Source: an uncultured Ohtaekwangia sp. (lineage in GTDB: Bacteria; Bacteroidota; Bacteroidia; Cytophagales; Cyclobacteriaceae). Taken from it: 64,000 nt of DNA. The notes beneath the pieces were generated by a model, which worked only from the letters and a program-made list of their open reading frames with translations, had not been told where the DNA came from and did no database searches. The position numbers and the translations under genes were made by a program. The stretch lies in NCBI GenBank assembly GCA_964439205.1, contig CAYTNM010000013.1:3-64002 (forward strand). The letters run 5' to 3'. Positions 49,771-60,129 of this stretch are shown one piece after another. Every line of letters begins with the position of its first letter. The first letter of the stretch is position 1.

Positions 49771-50427
49771 CTAAAGGTGAGCAATGACCGTCCGTCCTCC
49801 TTTGGTAATATCTCCGGGTTTGACAACGATTTTAGCCTCCAGGGGTAAGTAAATATCAACCCGCGAGCCAAATTTGATGAATCCGAACTCTTCCCCCTGC
49901 TCCAACACTTGCCCCTCACGAACATACCATTTAATCCTGCGTGCCAACGCCCCGGCTATCTGACGGAAGAGTATCTCCGTGCCATTTTTCATTTTGGAAA
50001 CTACAGTAGTCCGCTCGTTTTCCGTGCTGGATTTTGGATGCCACGCTACCAGGTATTTGCCGGGATGATATTTAAAATAGCTAATCACACCCCCCACCGG
50101 CATACGATTCACATGAACGTTAATCGGTGACATAAATATTGAAACCTGTTTGCGTCTCGATTTCAGATATTCGGTCTCCTCGGTCTCTTCAATGACCACT
50201 ACTTTTCCATCAGCAGGAGCAATCACATGGTTTTCATTTTTAGCAATGTCAAAAACAGGGCTCCTGAAAAACTGAAGAATCAGCAGATAAAATCCGATGC
50301 TAATAACGATGCATGTATTTTGGATCAACGAATGATCTGGAAAAAAGTAGTAGATCGCCCAGTTAAGGCCAAATAAAACAAACAATAAAACAAACAATAA
50401 TGTCCTGCCTTCTTTGTGAATGGTCAT
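49771..50427 (-). CDS. psd: Phosphatidylserine decarboxylase proenzyme
   Basis: APADGKVV, SIFMSPINVHVNR, QIAG, KFGSRVD cleavage motif; start ATG 50427. Confidence 0.93.
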   Translation of the reverse strand: MTIHKEGRTLLFVLLFVLFGLNWAIYYFFPDHSLIQNTCIVISIGFYLLILQFFRSPVFDIAKNENHVIAPADGKVVVIEETEETEYLKSRRKQVSIFMSPINVHVNRMPVGGVISYFKYHPGKYLVAWHPKSSTENERTTVVSKMKNGTEILFRQIAGALARRIKWYVREGQVLEQGEEFGFIKFGSRVDIYLPLEAKIVVKPGDITKGGRTVIAHL

Positions 50428-50532
50428 TGTATGCACGATTTCGGACTTAAAAGTAAAAATAAAAGCGGTGGTATTTGAATACGCACCGCAATTTTGAAGA
50501 ATCAAATCGGTCAGACGCTAAGACCTCAGATG

Positions 50533-51807
50533 CTAATACCCTCCACGGAACTTGTAGGTTTTAGCCACTTTATCGATGGCGACCATATAAGCCGCTATTC
50601 TCAGCGATACTTTATACTCAGAAGCTACTTTATACACATTGTCAAAAGCATCTTTCATAATCCGGTCGCTTCTACGATTGACGCGGTCGGCTGTCCATTT
50701 ATAACCCAAACGATTTTGAACCCATTCGAAATAAGAAACGGTGACCCCTCCGGCATTGGCCAGAATATCCGGGACCACACTGATGCCTTTTTCATAAATG
50801 ACATGGTCGGCCTTGGAGGAAGTAGGACCGTTTGCTCCTTCCACAATTAGCTTCGCCTGAATTTTTGGGGCATTGGAGGCTGTGATAACATCTTCCGTAG
50901 CGGCCGGAACCAATACATCCACCGGAAGCGTCAGGAGTTCATCACCGCTGATCTTTGTAGCTTCCGCAAATCCTTCCAGGGAGCCTTTGTTTTTATCACG
51001 ATAGGCCACTGCCTTCTCAATGTCAATGCCGTTTTCATTATAGTAAGCTCCACCCAGATCGCTGACCGCCTGTATTTTTAATCCCCGTTCGGCTAGTAAA
51101 CGAGCGGCCCATGAACCCACATTTCCAAACCCTTGAACAGCACAGGTTGCTTTGTAGGGGTTGATTTTTAGCTTTTCCATGGCGGCCAGACTGGTCACCA
51201 TCACTCCCCGGCCAGTAGCTTCGGTTCGTCCAAGAGACCCCCCCATCACGATGGGCTTTCCGGTAACCACAGCGGCAACGGTCATTCCCTGAGTGCGTGA
51301 ATATTGATCCATCAGCCAGGCCATTTCCCTGGGTCCGGTGCCCATGTCTGGTGCTGGAATATCCTGATCGGGGCCAAAAACATCCACCAGAGCTTGCGTA
51401 TAGGCACGCATGAGTCGTTCAATTTCACCGGCAGACATTTCCCGCGGGTTACAGGCTACTCCCCCCTTGGCTCCACCATAAGGAATATCCACTACGGCAC
51501 ATTTCCAGGTCATCCATGCTGCCAGGGCCTTAACTTCATCCAGATTTACGTGCGGATCGAATCGGATACCTCCCTTGGAAGGACCTAAAATAGTTGAGTG
51601 AATGACCCGATATCCTTCAAACACCCGGATTGTACCATCATCCATGGTAACAGGTAAGGATACAATTACCTGTTTGGTAGGTGCCTTTAACACATTGTAT
51701 ACTTGCTCATCCAATCCTAGTAATTGAGATGCCGTGCGAAAGCGCGACATCATCGCTTCAAACGGATTTTCCTTGTCAACAATCGGTGCGGGCTCAATGT
51801 ATCCCAT
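50533..51807 (-). CDS. gdhA: Glu/Leu/Phe/Val dehydrogenase (glutamate dehydrogenase)
   Basis: GPSKGGIRF, GGAKGG, DIPAPD, GFGNVG, EGANGP, NAGGVTVSYFEW. Confidence 0.92.
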   Translation of the reverse strand: MGYIEPAPIVDKENPFEAMMSRFRTASQLLGLDEQVYNVLKAPTKQVIVSLPVTMDDGTIRVFEGYRVIHSTILGPSKGGIRFDPHVNLDEVKALAAWMTWKCAVVDIPYGGAKGGVACNPREMSAGEIERLMRAYTQALVDVFGPDQDIPAPDMGTGPREMAWLMDQYSRTQGMTVAAVVTGKPIVMGGSLGRTEATGRGVMVTSLAAMEKLKINPYKATCAVQGFGNVGSWAARLLAERGLKIQAVSDLGGAYYNENGIDIEKAVAYRDKNKGSLEGFAEATKISGDELLTLPVDVLVPAATEDVITASNAPKIQAKLIVEGANGPTSSKADHVIYEKGISVVPDILANAGGVTVSYFEWVQNRLGYKWTADRVNRRSDRIMKDAFDNVYKVASEYKVSLRIAAYMVAIDKVAKTYKFRGGY

Positions 51808-51881
51808 ATCAGATAAGTAGTTTATTTTTTTTGTTTTGTAGACAGGTTATCCTCTCCAGGAGTCTATCCCGTAAACGGTTG

Positions 51882-51889
51882 CAAAGATA
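51882..51889 (-). promoter_or_regulatory. -7 element (TATCTTTG) of gdhA
   Basis: Exact consensus about 75 nt upstream of the ATG. Confidence 0.6.
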
Positions 51890-52066
51890 CAGAAATTGAG
51901 AAGTGACAAGTTTGTTTATTACTGTAAGAAAGGGTTCCTAAATCACCCAATGAAGAAGATATTAATCAACTTAAACAAATACTAGGCTTAAAAATGAGAC
52001 CGTCTTCAAAAAAAAGCTTTCAAATTTTAATAACCCGGTAAAAATTTTAACGGAAGAAAGCGAACA

Positions 52067-52915
52067 TTAAAAAATTTCTAAAAAAGCCACAATAAATGGA
52101 GCCGAAATCAGAAGCCCGTCAAACCGATCCAGAAAACCTCCATGCCCCGGTAAGGTAGTGCCGGAGTCTTTGATCTCAATACTTCTTTTGAGAAGCGACT
52201 CCACCAGATCGCCAAAGGTACCTCCCACAATAATGATCACCCCAATTACCATCCACTGCCAGGACAGGATAGTGGGTGGGTGTCCGATGGCATGAAAAAA
52301 ATAAGGAAGGCTGTAGGCAAAGAGGAAAGCCAGTATGGCTCCCCCGATAAATCCTTCCCACGATTTCTTAGGTGAAATTCGTTCAAATAACTTCCGCCTA
52401 CCAAAAAAAGTGCCGGCAAAATAGGCTCCTGTGTCGCTTGCCCACAGAATAAACAAACAGCCAAAGATGATTTGATAATCGTAAGCCCGGTTTTCGAAGG
52501 TGGCAATGTTAAGCAAGGCAAAAGGAATGGCCACGTAAAAAATGCCTAAAAAATTGAACGCAATGTTGGTAAAGGGCTTGCGCTCAAATTTTTTATAGAG
52601 CTTGATCATATATACGCAGGAGAGCAGCGGAAAAAAAATAAAATAATAGCGGTAAGAGATATCCCCACGTTCAATGAAAAATGACAGGCAAAAAATCAAA
52701 AGACCCAGTAGGGTCCCAAACGATTTTTGCGGAAGCATCCCGTCCAGTCCAGCCAGTTTGTAAAACTCCCATAACGTCAGGCCAGTGATGATGAAAAAGA
52801 TTAGAAAATAAGTCCATTCACTGAACATGATTCCAGCCACCACAGCCGCGGCACCGATCACCGCAGTGATGATCCGTTGCACCAGATTGCTATACGATTT
52901 AATCTTTTCGGTCAC
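52067..52915 (-). CDS. cdsA: Phosphatidate cytidylyltransferase
   Basis: DTGAY, ISPKKSWEG, GDLVESLLKR, KDSG..LPGHGGFLDRFD. Confidence 0.95.
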   Translation of the reverse strand: MTEKIKSYSNLVQRIITAVIGAAAVVAGIMFSEWTYFLIFFIITGLTLWEFYKLAGLDGMLPQKSFGTLLGLLIFCLSFFIERGDISYRYYFIFFPLLSCVYMIKLYKKFERKPFTNIAFNFLGIFYVAIPFALLNIATFENRAYDYQIIFGCLFILWASDTGAYFAGTFFGRRKLFERISPKKSWEGFIGGAILAFLFAYSLPYFFHAIGHPPTILSWQWMVIGVIIIVGGTFGDLVESLLKRSIEIKDSGTTLPGHGGFLDRFDGLLISAPFIVAFLEIF

Positions 52916-53829
52916 GAGCGCAGGGATTCAGACGGCTGTTTCATTTGCCGAAAATGCTTGTAGAAATAGATCAGGATGCCAACACCTAAAACAAGCCCGA
53001 TGGCGATCAACGGCCAGGGGGCAATTTCATTTTCCATATCCATCTCTACCTGATTGAGTTGGGCCAGGTACATCATGACCAATGAAAATCCATTATTAAT
53101 GATGTGTGCCCCGATGGCAATCCAGATATTTCCGGACCACACGTACAAATAACCAAACAAGGCCCCCAATAACATGCGGGGTACAAAACCATAAAACTGG
53201 GCATGGATTGCGCTAAAGATGATGGCCGTAAACCAGATGGCCAGATGGGGGTTTCCCAGCCCACGATGCATCGCATTTTGAATTAACCCGCGGAACAAAA
53301 ATTCTTCGGTAATACCGGCAATGATCGCGACTATGACAAACGCCAATATAAATTCCCCGGGAGAAACAAAAGTAGTGAGCAGCCTGGTGATTTCAGCTAA
53401 TTGATCTTCCTGAGCTCTGGCCCATTGTTCAAAAGCAGAATCGGGAAGATCCAGATGCATATTCCAGTAAATCACAGGCGAATCCACCACAACAAAAGCG
53501 ATGACCAACAGTGGCAACAGCCACCAGATGTGCGTGGACGGCCATTGACCCCGAAGATTTTTGAATGTCTTTTTGGTGAAGGTGCTCCAGGCGACTAAAG
53601 GAACCAGAAAAAAGCCAAACAAGGAGGTAAACCCTTGCAGGACTAACAATGAAATTTTTACAGTTTCGTCAGGGGCTTTTGTAAACGCCAACAGTGGATC
53701 CCCATCTCCTGTATAAAAAAAGGACCCTATAAACGCCCCAATTCCGGCTCCTACAAACAGTCCAACTCCTACGGCAATGATGATAACGACCAATTCTTGC
53801 CACACCGGCTTGTCCCTATACTCCAGCAT
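52912..53829 (-). CDS. CPBP (CAAX/Abi) intramembrane metalloprotease
   Basis: EEFLFRG, FSAIH, HIINN. Confidence 0.9.
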   Translation of the reverse strand: MLEYRDKPVWQELVVIIIAVGVGLFVGAGIGAFIGSFFYTGDGDPLLAFTKAPDETVKISLLVLQGFTSLFGFFLVPLVAWSTFTKKTFKNLRGQWPSTHIWWLLPLLVIAFVVVDSPVIYWNMHLDLPDSAFEQWARAQEDQLAEITRLLTTFVSPGEFILAFVIVAIIAGITEEFLFRGLIQNAMHRGLGNPHLAIWFTAIIFSAIHAQFYGFVPRMLLGALFGYLYVWSGNIWIAIGAHIINNGFSLVMMYLAQLNQVEMDMENEIAPWPLIAIGLVLGVGILIYFYKHFRQMKQPSESLRS

Positions 53830-53843
53830 CTGTTTTAAAAGCG

Positions 53844-53851
53844 TATTTTTG
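53844..53851 (+). promoter_or_regulatory. -7 element (TATTTTTG) of dusB
   Basis: Exact consensus 9 nt before ATG 53861. Confidence 0.6.
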
Positions 53852-53860
53852 CGGGCAAAT

Positions 53861-54850
53861 ATGGTGAAAATAGGTCAAATCGAGTTGGGTGATTTTCCAT
53901 TGCTGCTGGCTCCTATGGAGGATGTAAGCGATCCGCCATTTCGTGCGGTATGCAAGGAAGGTGGAGCGGATTTGATGTATACCGAATTTATTTCTAGCGA
54001 GGGACTAATCCGACATGCCGCTAAAAGCAAACAAAAACTGGATATTTTTGAATACGAGCGGCCCATTGGCATCCAGTTATTTGGGGGCAACGTGGATAGT
54101 ATGCGTGAGGCAGCCGAAATAGCCGGTGCGGCAGGTCCAGATTTGATAGACATAAACTATGGTTGCCCGGTGAAAGCGGTCGCTTGCAAGGGAGCCGGTG
54201 CGGCCTTGCTTCAGGATGTACCAAAAATGGTTCGCATGACAGAGGAGGTGGTAAAGGCCACCTCACTTCCCGTGACTGTTAAAACACGATTGGGCTGGGA
54301 CGACAACACCCGGAATATCGTGGAGGTAGCCGAGCGACTTCAGGACATTGGTATCCAGGCGCTATCCATCCATGGACGAACCCGCGTGCAGATGTATAAA
54401 GGAAGCGCAGATTGGACTCTGATTGGCAAAGTGAAGGAAAATCCGCGCATGCATATTCCTATTTTTGGAAACGGAGATATTGATTCGCCACAGAAAGCCC
54501 TGGAATATAAAAATCGCTACGGAGTAGACGGAGTGATGATTGGAAGGGCAGCGATTGGCTACCCGTGGATTTTTAATGAAATCAAGACCTATCTCCGACA
54601 TGGAGAACATCCATTGCCACCCGATATGCCAGAACGGGTTCGGGTAGCCCGTCAGCATTTTGATTTTTCCATTCGATGGAAAGGGGATAAGCTGGGCGTA
54701 TTTGAGATGCGCAGGCACTATACAAATTACTTTCGTTCCATTCCGGACTTTAAACCCTATCGGACACGGCTGGTGGAGGCTGCCACAGCGGAAGAAGTGC
54801 ATGCTATTTTAGATGAGGTCATGGATGCTTATGCATCGGTGGTGAGTTAA
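53861..54850 (+). CDS. dusB: tRNA-dihydrouridine synthase B
   Basis: LAPMEDVSD, DINYGCP, VKTRLGWD, IHGRT, GNGDI, GVMIGR; start ATG 53861. Confidence 0.93.
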   Translation: MVKIGQIELGDFPLLLAPMEDVSDPPFRAVCKEGGADLMYTEFISSEGLIRHAAKSKQKLDIFEYERPIGIQLFGGNVDSMREAAEIAGAAGPDLIDINYGCPVKAVACKGAGAALLQDVPKMVRMTEEVVKATSLPVTVKTRLGWDDNTRNIVEVAERLQDIGIQALSIHGRTRVQMYKGSADWTLIGKVKENPRMHIPIFGNGDIDSPQKALEYKNRYGVDGVMIGRAAIGYPWIFNEIKTYLRHGEHPLPPDMPERVRVARQHFDFSIRWKGDKLGVFEMRRHYTNYFRSIPDFKPYRTRLVEAATAEEVHAILDEVMDAYASVVS

Positions 54851-54957
54851 CCTATGCAAGAATCGGGTTTGAGCCTTGTCTGAGTTATGTTTATTTTTGA
54901 TGTAAAGTGATCAGGGTCACTTAAAAATTTTTAATCTATACTCGTTCATCTGCTTTT

Positions 54958-55836
54958 GTGAAAAAAAATATTGGTGCCACACCCATCTTCCTGCTCATTT
55001 TTCTTTCGCTGATCTGGGGAACTTCGTTTATCCTGATTAAACAGGGGTTGAAAGTATTTGCTCCGGACGAAGTGGGAGCCTTGCGTGTGACGGCCGCGAT
55101 GATTTTTCTAATGCCTTTGGCCTTGCCCCGTTTAAAAGATTTAAAAGCAGGAGATGGATGGAAACTTTTTCTATCCGGTTTGATGGGAATATTCTTTCCG
55201 GCCTTTTTGTTTGCTTCAGCCCAAACCAGACTGGACAGCTCTGTGGCTGGCATCTTAAATACTCTTTCTCCTTTATGGACGATGATTTTGGGTGCATTAT
55301 TTTTTCAGCAGCGGTTTAAAAATTATGCCATTGTCGGGATCATCTTATCCTTTGGTGGGGCCGTGCTTCTGGCCTTGTCACGTTCGGGAGGCTCCATCAG
55401 CGGAATCAATCTGTATGCTTTCTTGATTGTGGGAGCTTGCTTGCTGTATGGTGCTAATCTGAATTGGGTCAAGTTTAAAATTCCTGCGCTTAGTTCTATT
55501 ACCATCGCCAGTGTTTCTGTTCTGTTTATCGGGCCATTAGCTGCCATTTATCTGTTTGGATTCACTGACTTTGTTAATAAACTTCAAATGGCTCCCGGTG
55601 CCTGGCAGGCGTTTGGATTTATCTGTCTGTTAGCATTTATGGGGACTGCGCTCGCCAACCTGGTGTTTAATAAGTTGGTGAAAATGACCACACCCCTATA
55701 TGCCAGCACGGTCACGTACATCATGCCAATTGTAGCGGTTATGTGGGGGGTAGTAGATGGTGAAGTATTGACTCTGTGGCATTTGGCTGGGATGATGCTG
55801 ATCATCAGCGGAGTGTATTTGGCGAACAAAAAATAG
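54958..55836 (+). CDS. DMT/EamA family transporter
   Basis: About 10 TM helices in two EamA repeats; IWGTSF; TYIMPIVA. Confidence 0.9.
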   Translation: MKKNIGATPIFLLIFLSLIWGTSFILIKQGLKVFAPDEVGALRVTAAMIFLMPLALPRLKDLKAGDGWKLFLSGLMGIFFPAFLFASAQTRLDSSVAGILNTLSPLWTMILGALFFQQRFKNYAIVGIILSFGGAVLLALSRSGGSISGINLYAFLIVGACLLYGANLNWVKFKIPALSSITIASVSVLFIGPLAAIYLFGFTDFVNKLQMAPGAWQAFGFICLLAFMGTALANLVFNKLVKMTTPLYASTVTYIMPIVAVMWGVVDGEVLTLWHLAGMMLIISGVYLANKK

Positions 55837-55838
55837 AG

Positions 55839-56663
55839 ATGGCGTTGCGGGTGGCTTCTCTTAATTCTGGCAGCAATGGCAATTGCTACTATATCGGTAA
55901 CGAACAAGACGCGATATTGATTGATGCAGGCATCTCTTGCCGGGAAACAGAACGAAGGCTAAAACGCCTCGAGCTCTCCATCAAAAAGATCAAGGGTATT
56001 TTTGTGACCCACGAACATAAAGACCATATCCTTGGATTGCACAAACTGGCCAAGCGACATAAAATACCCGTGTACATTACTAAGAGAACGCGCAAAAATC
56101 CTTCTCTGGAGTGGAGTGAAGGATTGGCTAATGACTTTTCTGCCTACCAACCCGTCACGATTGGTACGCTGACAATCACGGCAATACCAAAGTTTCACGA
56201 TGCGAACGATCCGCATAGCTTCATCGTCACCTATGCGGGTGTTAACGTGGGCGTTTTTACAGATATGGGACGCGTGTGCGAAGATTTGATTAACAACTTC
56301 CAGCAATGTCATGCAGCTATTGTGGAATCTAACTATGATGAGGAAATGCTGGAAACGGGAGGGTATCCCGCCATGTTAAAAGATCGTATCCGGGGAGGGT
56401 GGGGGCATATCTCCAATCGACAGGCATTGCAGTTATTTTTGCAATACCGACCGCCATGTATGACTCACTTATTTTTGGGACATCTGTCCAAAAACAATAA
56501 CAAGCCTGAAATAGTAGCAGAAATGTTCAACCGGGTGGCAGGAACAACCAGGATCATGATCGCTTCACGCTATGAGGAAACTGAACTAGTTACCATTAAA
56601 GCTTCGGGTAATCCGTCCGTCCTGAAAGAAAGACAAAGAACACAATTGTCATTGTTTGATTAA
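55839..56663 (+). CDS. MBL-fold hydrolase (YycJ/WalJ-like)
   Basis: SGSNGN, DAG, THEHKDH, HDA, ESNYD, GHISN, HLSKNNN; start ATG 55839. Confidence 0.88.
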   Translation: MALRVASLNSGSNGNCYYIGNEQDAILIDAGISCRETERRLKRLELSIKKIKGIFVTHEHKDHILGLHKLAKRHKIPVYITKRTRKNPSLEWSEGLANDFSAYQPVTIGTLTITAIPKFHDANDPHSFIVTYAGVNVGVFTDMGRVCEDLINNFQQCHAAIVESNYDEEMLETGGYPAMLKDRIRGGWGHISNRQALQLFLQYRPPCMTHLFLGHLSKNNNKPEIVAEMFNRVAGTTRIMIASRYEETELVTIKASGNPSVLKERQRTQLSLFD

Positions 56664-56697
56664 GGGAGGGATGACTTGCGGACCGAATGAATTATAT

Positions 56698-58659
56698 CTA
56701 CACGATCGTATCCAGAGTCAAATCAAAATAAAAGGTACTTCCTTCGCTCACTTTACTGGTTACACATAATTGACTCCCCATCAGGGCAAGTATTTTGTTC
56801 GAAATGGTAAGTCCAAGACCTGTTCCACCAAATTTTTTGGTAACGGATGCATCCACTTGTGTAAAGGCCTCAAATATCTTTTTCTGATTTTCAGGATCAA
56901 TACCAATGCCCGTATCTCTGACAGAGAAATGCAGACGTACCTGGCCTTCTTTTTTCTCTAATAGTTGTATACTTAATTCAACTTCTCCTTCTTCTGTAAA
57001 TTTGACAGCATTTCCCAGAAGATTGATAAGCACTTGCCGCAGGCGGACCGGATCAGCCCACAACTCTGAGGGGATTTCATCAGAAATAGAAAACAACAGG
57101 CGTTGTTTTTTTTGTTCTGATTGATAGTGCAAGCTGTCAATTATTTGCCAGGCCAGCTCGCGAATATTTGTTTTCTCGATCTTCAATTCAATTTTGCCCG
57201 CCTCGATTTTTGAGAAGTCAAGAATATCATTGACAATCGTGAGTAAAGATCGGGCCGATGTATTCAAGATGGTCAGATACTTACCTTGGGTGGAATCAAG
57301 CTTGGTATTCATCAATAAATCTGAAAAACCAATCACTCCGTTGAGAGGTGTTCGTATTTCATGGCTAACATTGGCTAAAAATTCTGACTTGGCTAAGTTA
57401 GCCACCCTAACCTGTTCCATGGCTTTGTCTCGTTCCATGATCTTTGATCGAAGTTCCTTATTTTTTTTATGGCTTATCTTATAAAAGAAATACGTAATGA
57501 AGATCAATGTGATCAATAAGACAATAACAAATCCTCCAATAACTACCCGTTGTTTTTCAGAAACAATCAAGTCTTCTTTTAGCTGTGACTCTTGCTTTAG
57601 ATTGATAATCGCCATTTCATATTGTTGACTTTCGTATTTTGCTTTTAATTGAGCGGTCGCTTCAGCCTGATTCAATTGATCCAGGCTGTCATCAAGGAGA
57701 AGTATTTTTTCGTAAAGAAAAAGAGCTGCCTGTGTTCGACCCTGGCGCTTCAGGATTTCAACTTTCGCACGTTGGCTTTGATAAAAAACACGGAAAGCGC
57801 CAATCTGCTCTGCCATTTTCTCGGATTCCAGAACATGAACCCAAGCCCGGTCGAGTTGATTCAATTCTAGATACGCCCGGGTTAATAGCAAATGAGATAA
57901 CGACAAATCGTATCTATCGTTTTCGGCTTCTTCAATTTTAATGACTTTCTGTGTGAGGTCAATGGCTAAAGTATATTTCTTTAAATCCAGATATACATCT
58001 GCCTGATTGGTAAGGACGGCAGAAAGCCCTTCTCCATCTCCAAGGGAATCTAAAAGGGTATAAGCTTTATGAAAGAACAGCAGCGATGGCTCAAATTCGC
58101 TTCTAGCCTTGTAGAGTTCTCCGATATTGTTATACCCGTAAGCGATTCCCTTAATATCACCCAACGACCGTTTGATCAAAATAGACTCCTCATAAAACTT
58201 TCGGGCATTGTCAATATCATCGAGATTTTTATAAGCTATGCCAAGGTTGTTTTTAACTTTTGAGAGCCCGACTGAATCACCGATCGTTTCATAGACCGTA
58301 TGCGCCCTCAGATAATATCGGATGGCTTCGTTGGAATTACCCTGAAGGTCATATGAGATAGCTATGTTTTTTAATGCCAATGCGGAGGCCTTCAAGTATT
58401 GGGTTTCCTCTGCCAACCGAAGGGATTCAGTGAATAGAATCCGGGCTTCTGAAGGGTTGGAAAACAGTAATTCAACGCCCCACAACGTTAGCGTATCAGC
58501 TTTCGCTTCTGAAGATAATCCGGTGAGTATTCCGCGCCTGATGCTGTCTGCGACCTGAGCACTTCCAAAAAAGGGAGAGAATACTAAAGTGACGCAAATA
58601 CAAATCACTTTTATTATACAGAAGCGAGAAGAAAACGAATCATAAAAGATTGATTTCAT
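56698..58659 (-). CDS. TPR-sensor histidine kinase (HK-A), no receiver domain
   Basis: N-terminal hydrophobic segment, TPR repeats, one [39 protein letters not shown]; ends [13 protein letters not shown]. Confidence 0.9.
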   Translation of the reverse strand: MKSIFYDSFSSRFCIIKVICICVTLVFSPFFGSAQVADSIRRGILTGLSSEAKADTLTLWGVELLFSNPSEARILFTESLRLAEETQYLKASALALKNIAISYDLQGNSNEAIRYYLRAHTVYETIGDSVGLSKVKNNLGIAYKNLDDIDNARKFYEESILIKRSLGDIKGIAYGYNNIGELYKARSEFEPSLLFFHKAYTLLDSLGDGEGLSAVLTNQADVYLDLKKYTLAIDLTQKVIKIEEAENDRYDLSLSHLLLTRAYLELNQLDRAWVHVLESEKMAEQIGAFRVFYQSQRAKVEILKRQGRTQAALFLYEKILLLDDSLDQLNQAEATAQLKAKYESQQYEMAIINLKQESQLKEDLIVSEKQRVVIGGFVIVLLITLIFITYFFYKISHKKNKELRSKIMERDKAMEQVRVANLAKSEFLANVSHEIRTPLNGVIGFSDLLMNTKLDSTQGKYLTILNTSARSLLTIVNDILDFSKIEAGKIELKIEKTNIRELAWQIIDSLHYQSEQKKQRLLFSISDEIPSELWADPVRLRQVLINLLGNAVKFTEEGEVELSIQLLEKKEGQVRLHFSVRDTGIGIDPENQKKIFEAFTQVDASVTKKFGGTGLGLTISNKILALMGSQLCVTSKVSEGSTFYFDLTLDTIV

Positions 58660-58734
58660 CTGGTGAGTTAAGGTACAATTATACAATCCGGTGGTGTATT
58701 AATACGTTTTTAAAAGGTGGCTATTTTTGAATGA

Positions 58735-60129
58735 TCAACTCTTAAAGGAAATATTAAAACTGAACGTACTTCCTTTTCCCACTTCGCTGGTTACTTGTAA
58801 TTCGCTACCCATGAGTGCAAGTAATTTATTCGAGATGGTAAGCCCCAGACCCGTACCGCCAAATTTCTTGGTGTTGGATGCATCCACTTGCGCAAAGGCC
58901 TCAAATATCTTTTGTTGATTCTTTAATGCTATGCCAATGCCAGTATCTCGTACCGCAAAGTGGATCGTTACCTGATCATTTGTTTGGTTTGTCGGCCTCA
59001 CGATTAATTCAACTTCGCCTTCTTCCGTAAATTTAATGGCATTCCCCAAAAGATTTGTTAAGATTTGGCGCAGTCTTATCGCATCTGCCCAGATAAGAGA
59101 TGGAGTTTCCGGACTAATGGAGAGCATCAATTTTTGATTTTTTTGTTGAGCCTGATAACGCATGGCTTCCATTACCTGCGTGCATAGTTCATGAATATCT
59201 GTCTTTTCAATTTCCAGATCAATCTTGCCCGCTTCAATTTTAGAAAAGTCAAGTATATCGTTTACAATGTCAAGCAAGGAATGAGCTGATTTGTTCAATA
59301 CGCTCATGTATTTTGACTGCGTGGAATCAAGATGTGTTTTTAGTAACAGATCAGAAAACCCAATAACACCGTTTAAGGGAGTCCGAATCTCGTGACTTAC
59401 GTTTGCCAGGAATTCTGACTTGGCAGCACTAGCTGCCACTGCCTGTTCTTTTGCTATTCTGATTTCTGCTTCAACCTTTTTGCGCTCCTCAATTTCTCTT
59501 AATAAATCGCTTTCATTTTTGTCAATACCAGAGCGCAAAATGTACAAGCCCAATACCTGCCCTGCAAAAGCCAGCAGCACAACGATATTGGTAAAATAAT
59601 AGGAAGAGTCCCGATGGCCTGTCTGATGATAGCCCACGCCAAAGTAGTTATGAATCGGATCAAAGAGTACCAAAAGTAAAACGATGTACGCTATCGCATA
59701 ATAACTCCAGGTGCGGTTTCGCTGGTCATACAGCACCAAGGCTGTAATACCCGAGATCATAATGAAGAAGCGGTAATCATAGTATTGTGTTTCGAAATTG
59801 ACGGTCGGGTTGGTATTGGTGATTTTGCTGAATAAAGAGGCCAATAAAATGCTCGTGGGAAAATGGATGCTGATAAAAATGCGACTGATTAAAGTCCAGC
59901 CCCAGGAATTGGCCAATAGCGGAAACACAAAAATGAATCCTACCGCACCGGTGGCCATGGCAGTAGCATCCCATGCTAATAAACTTCCCTGCAACACAAA
60001 TAAGACAAGGCAAATGACAATGCCAAGCATAGCTATTTGATTCGACATCGCAATGGCTCGGGCAGCATCACTTGACAGATGTTGTTGCACCCCTAGCCTG
60101 GCGATATTCGAAATAAAAAGAGTCTTCAT
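58735..60129 (-). CDS. Polytopic-membrane-sensor histidine kinase (HK-B), no receiver domain
   Basis: About 6 TM helices, [10 protein letters not shown], HATPase; ends [11 protein letters not shown]. Confidence 0.9.
   Translation of the reverse strand: MKTLFISNIARLGVQQHLSSDAARAIAMSNQIAMLGIVICLVLFVLQGSLLAWDATAMATGAVGFIFVFPLLANSWGWTLISRIFISIHFPTSILLASLFSKITNTNPTVNFETQYYDYRFFIMISGITALVLYDQRNRTWSYYAIAYIVLLLVLFDPIHNYFGVGYHQTGHRDSSYYFTNIVVLLAFAGQVLGLYILRSGIDKNESDLLREIEERKKVEAEIRIAKEQAVAASAAKSEFLANVSHEIRTPLNGVIGFSDLLLKTHLDSTQSKYMSVLNKSAHSLLDIVNDILDFSKIEAGKIDLEIEKTDIHELCTQVMEAMRYQAQQKNQKLMLSISPETPSLIWADAIRLRQILTNLLGNAIKFTEEGEVELIVRPTNQTNDQVTIHFAVRDTGIGIALKNQQKIFEAFAQVDASNTKKFGGTGLGLTISNKLLALMGSELQVTSEVGKGSTFSFNISFKS

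Noticed and set aside
50372..50400. 12-nt tandem repeat AATAAAACAAAC, about 2.4 copies
   Set aside because: In-frame inside the psd membrane anchor (LLFVLLFVLF); too short for a CRISPR or contingency locus
52912..53829. CPBP/Abi protein as an abortive-infection or bacteriocin-immunity gene
   Set aside because: Ordinary CAAX-type protease coupled to cdsA; no bacteriocin or phage context
56664..56697. Frameshifted or read-through receiver domain after HK-A
   Set aside because: Only 34 bp separate it from the convergent MBL gene, so no REC domain can fit
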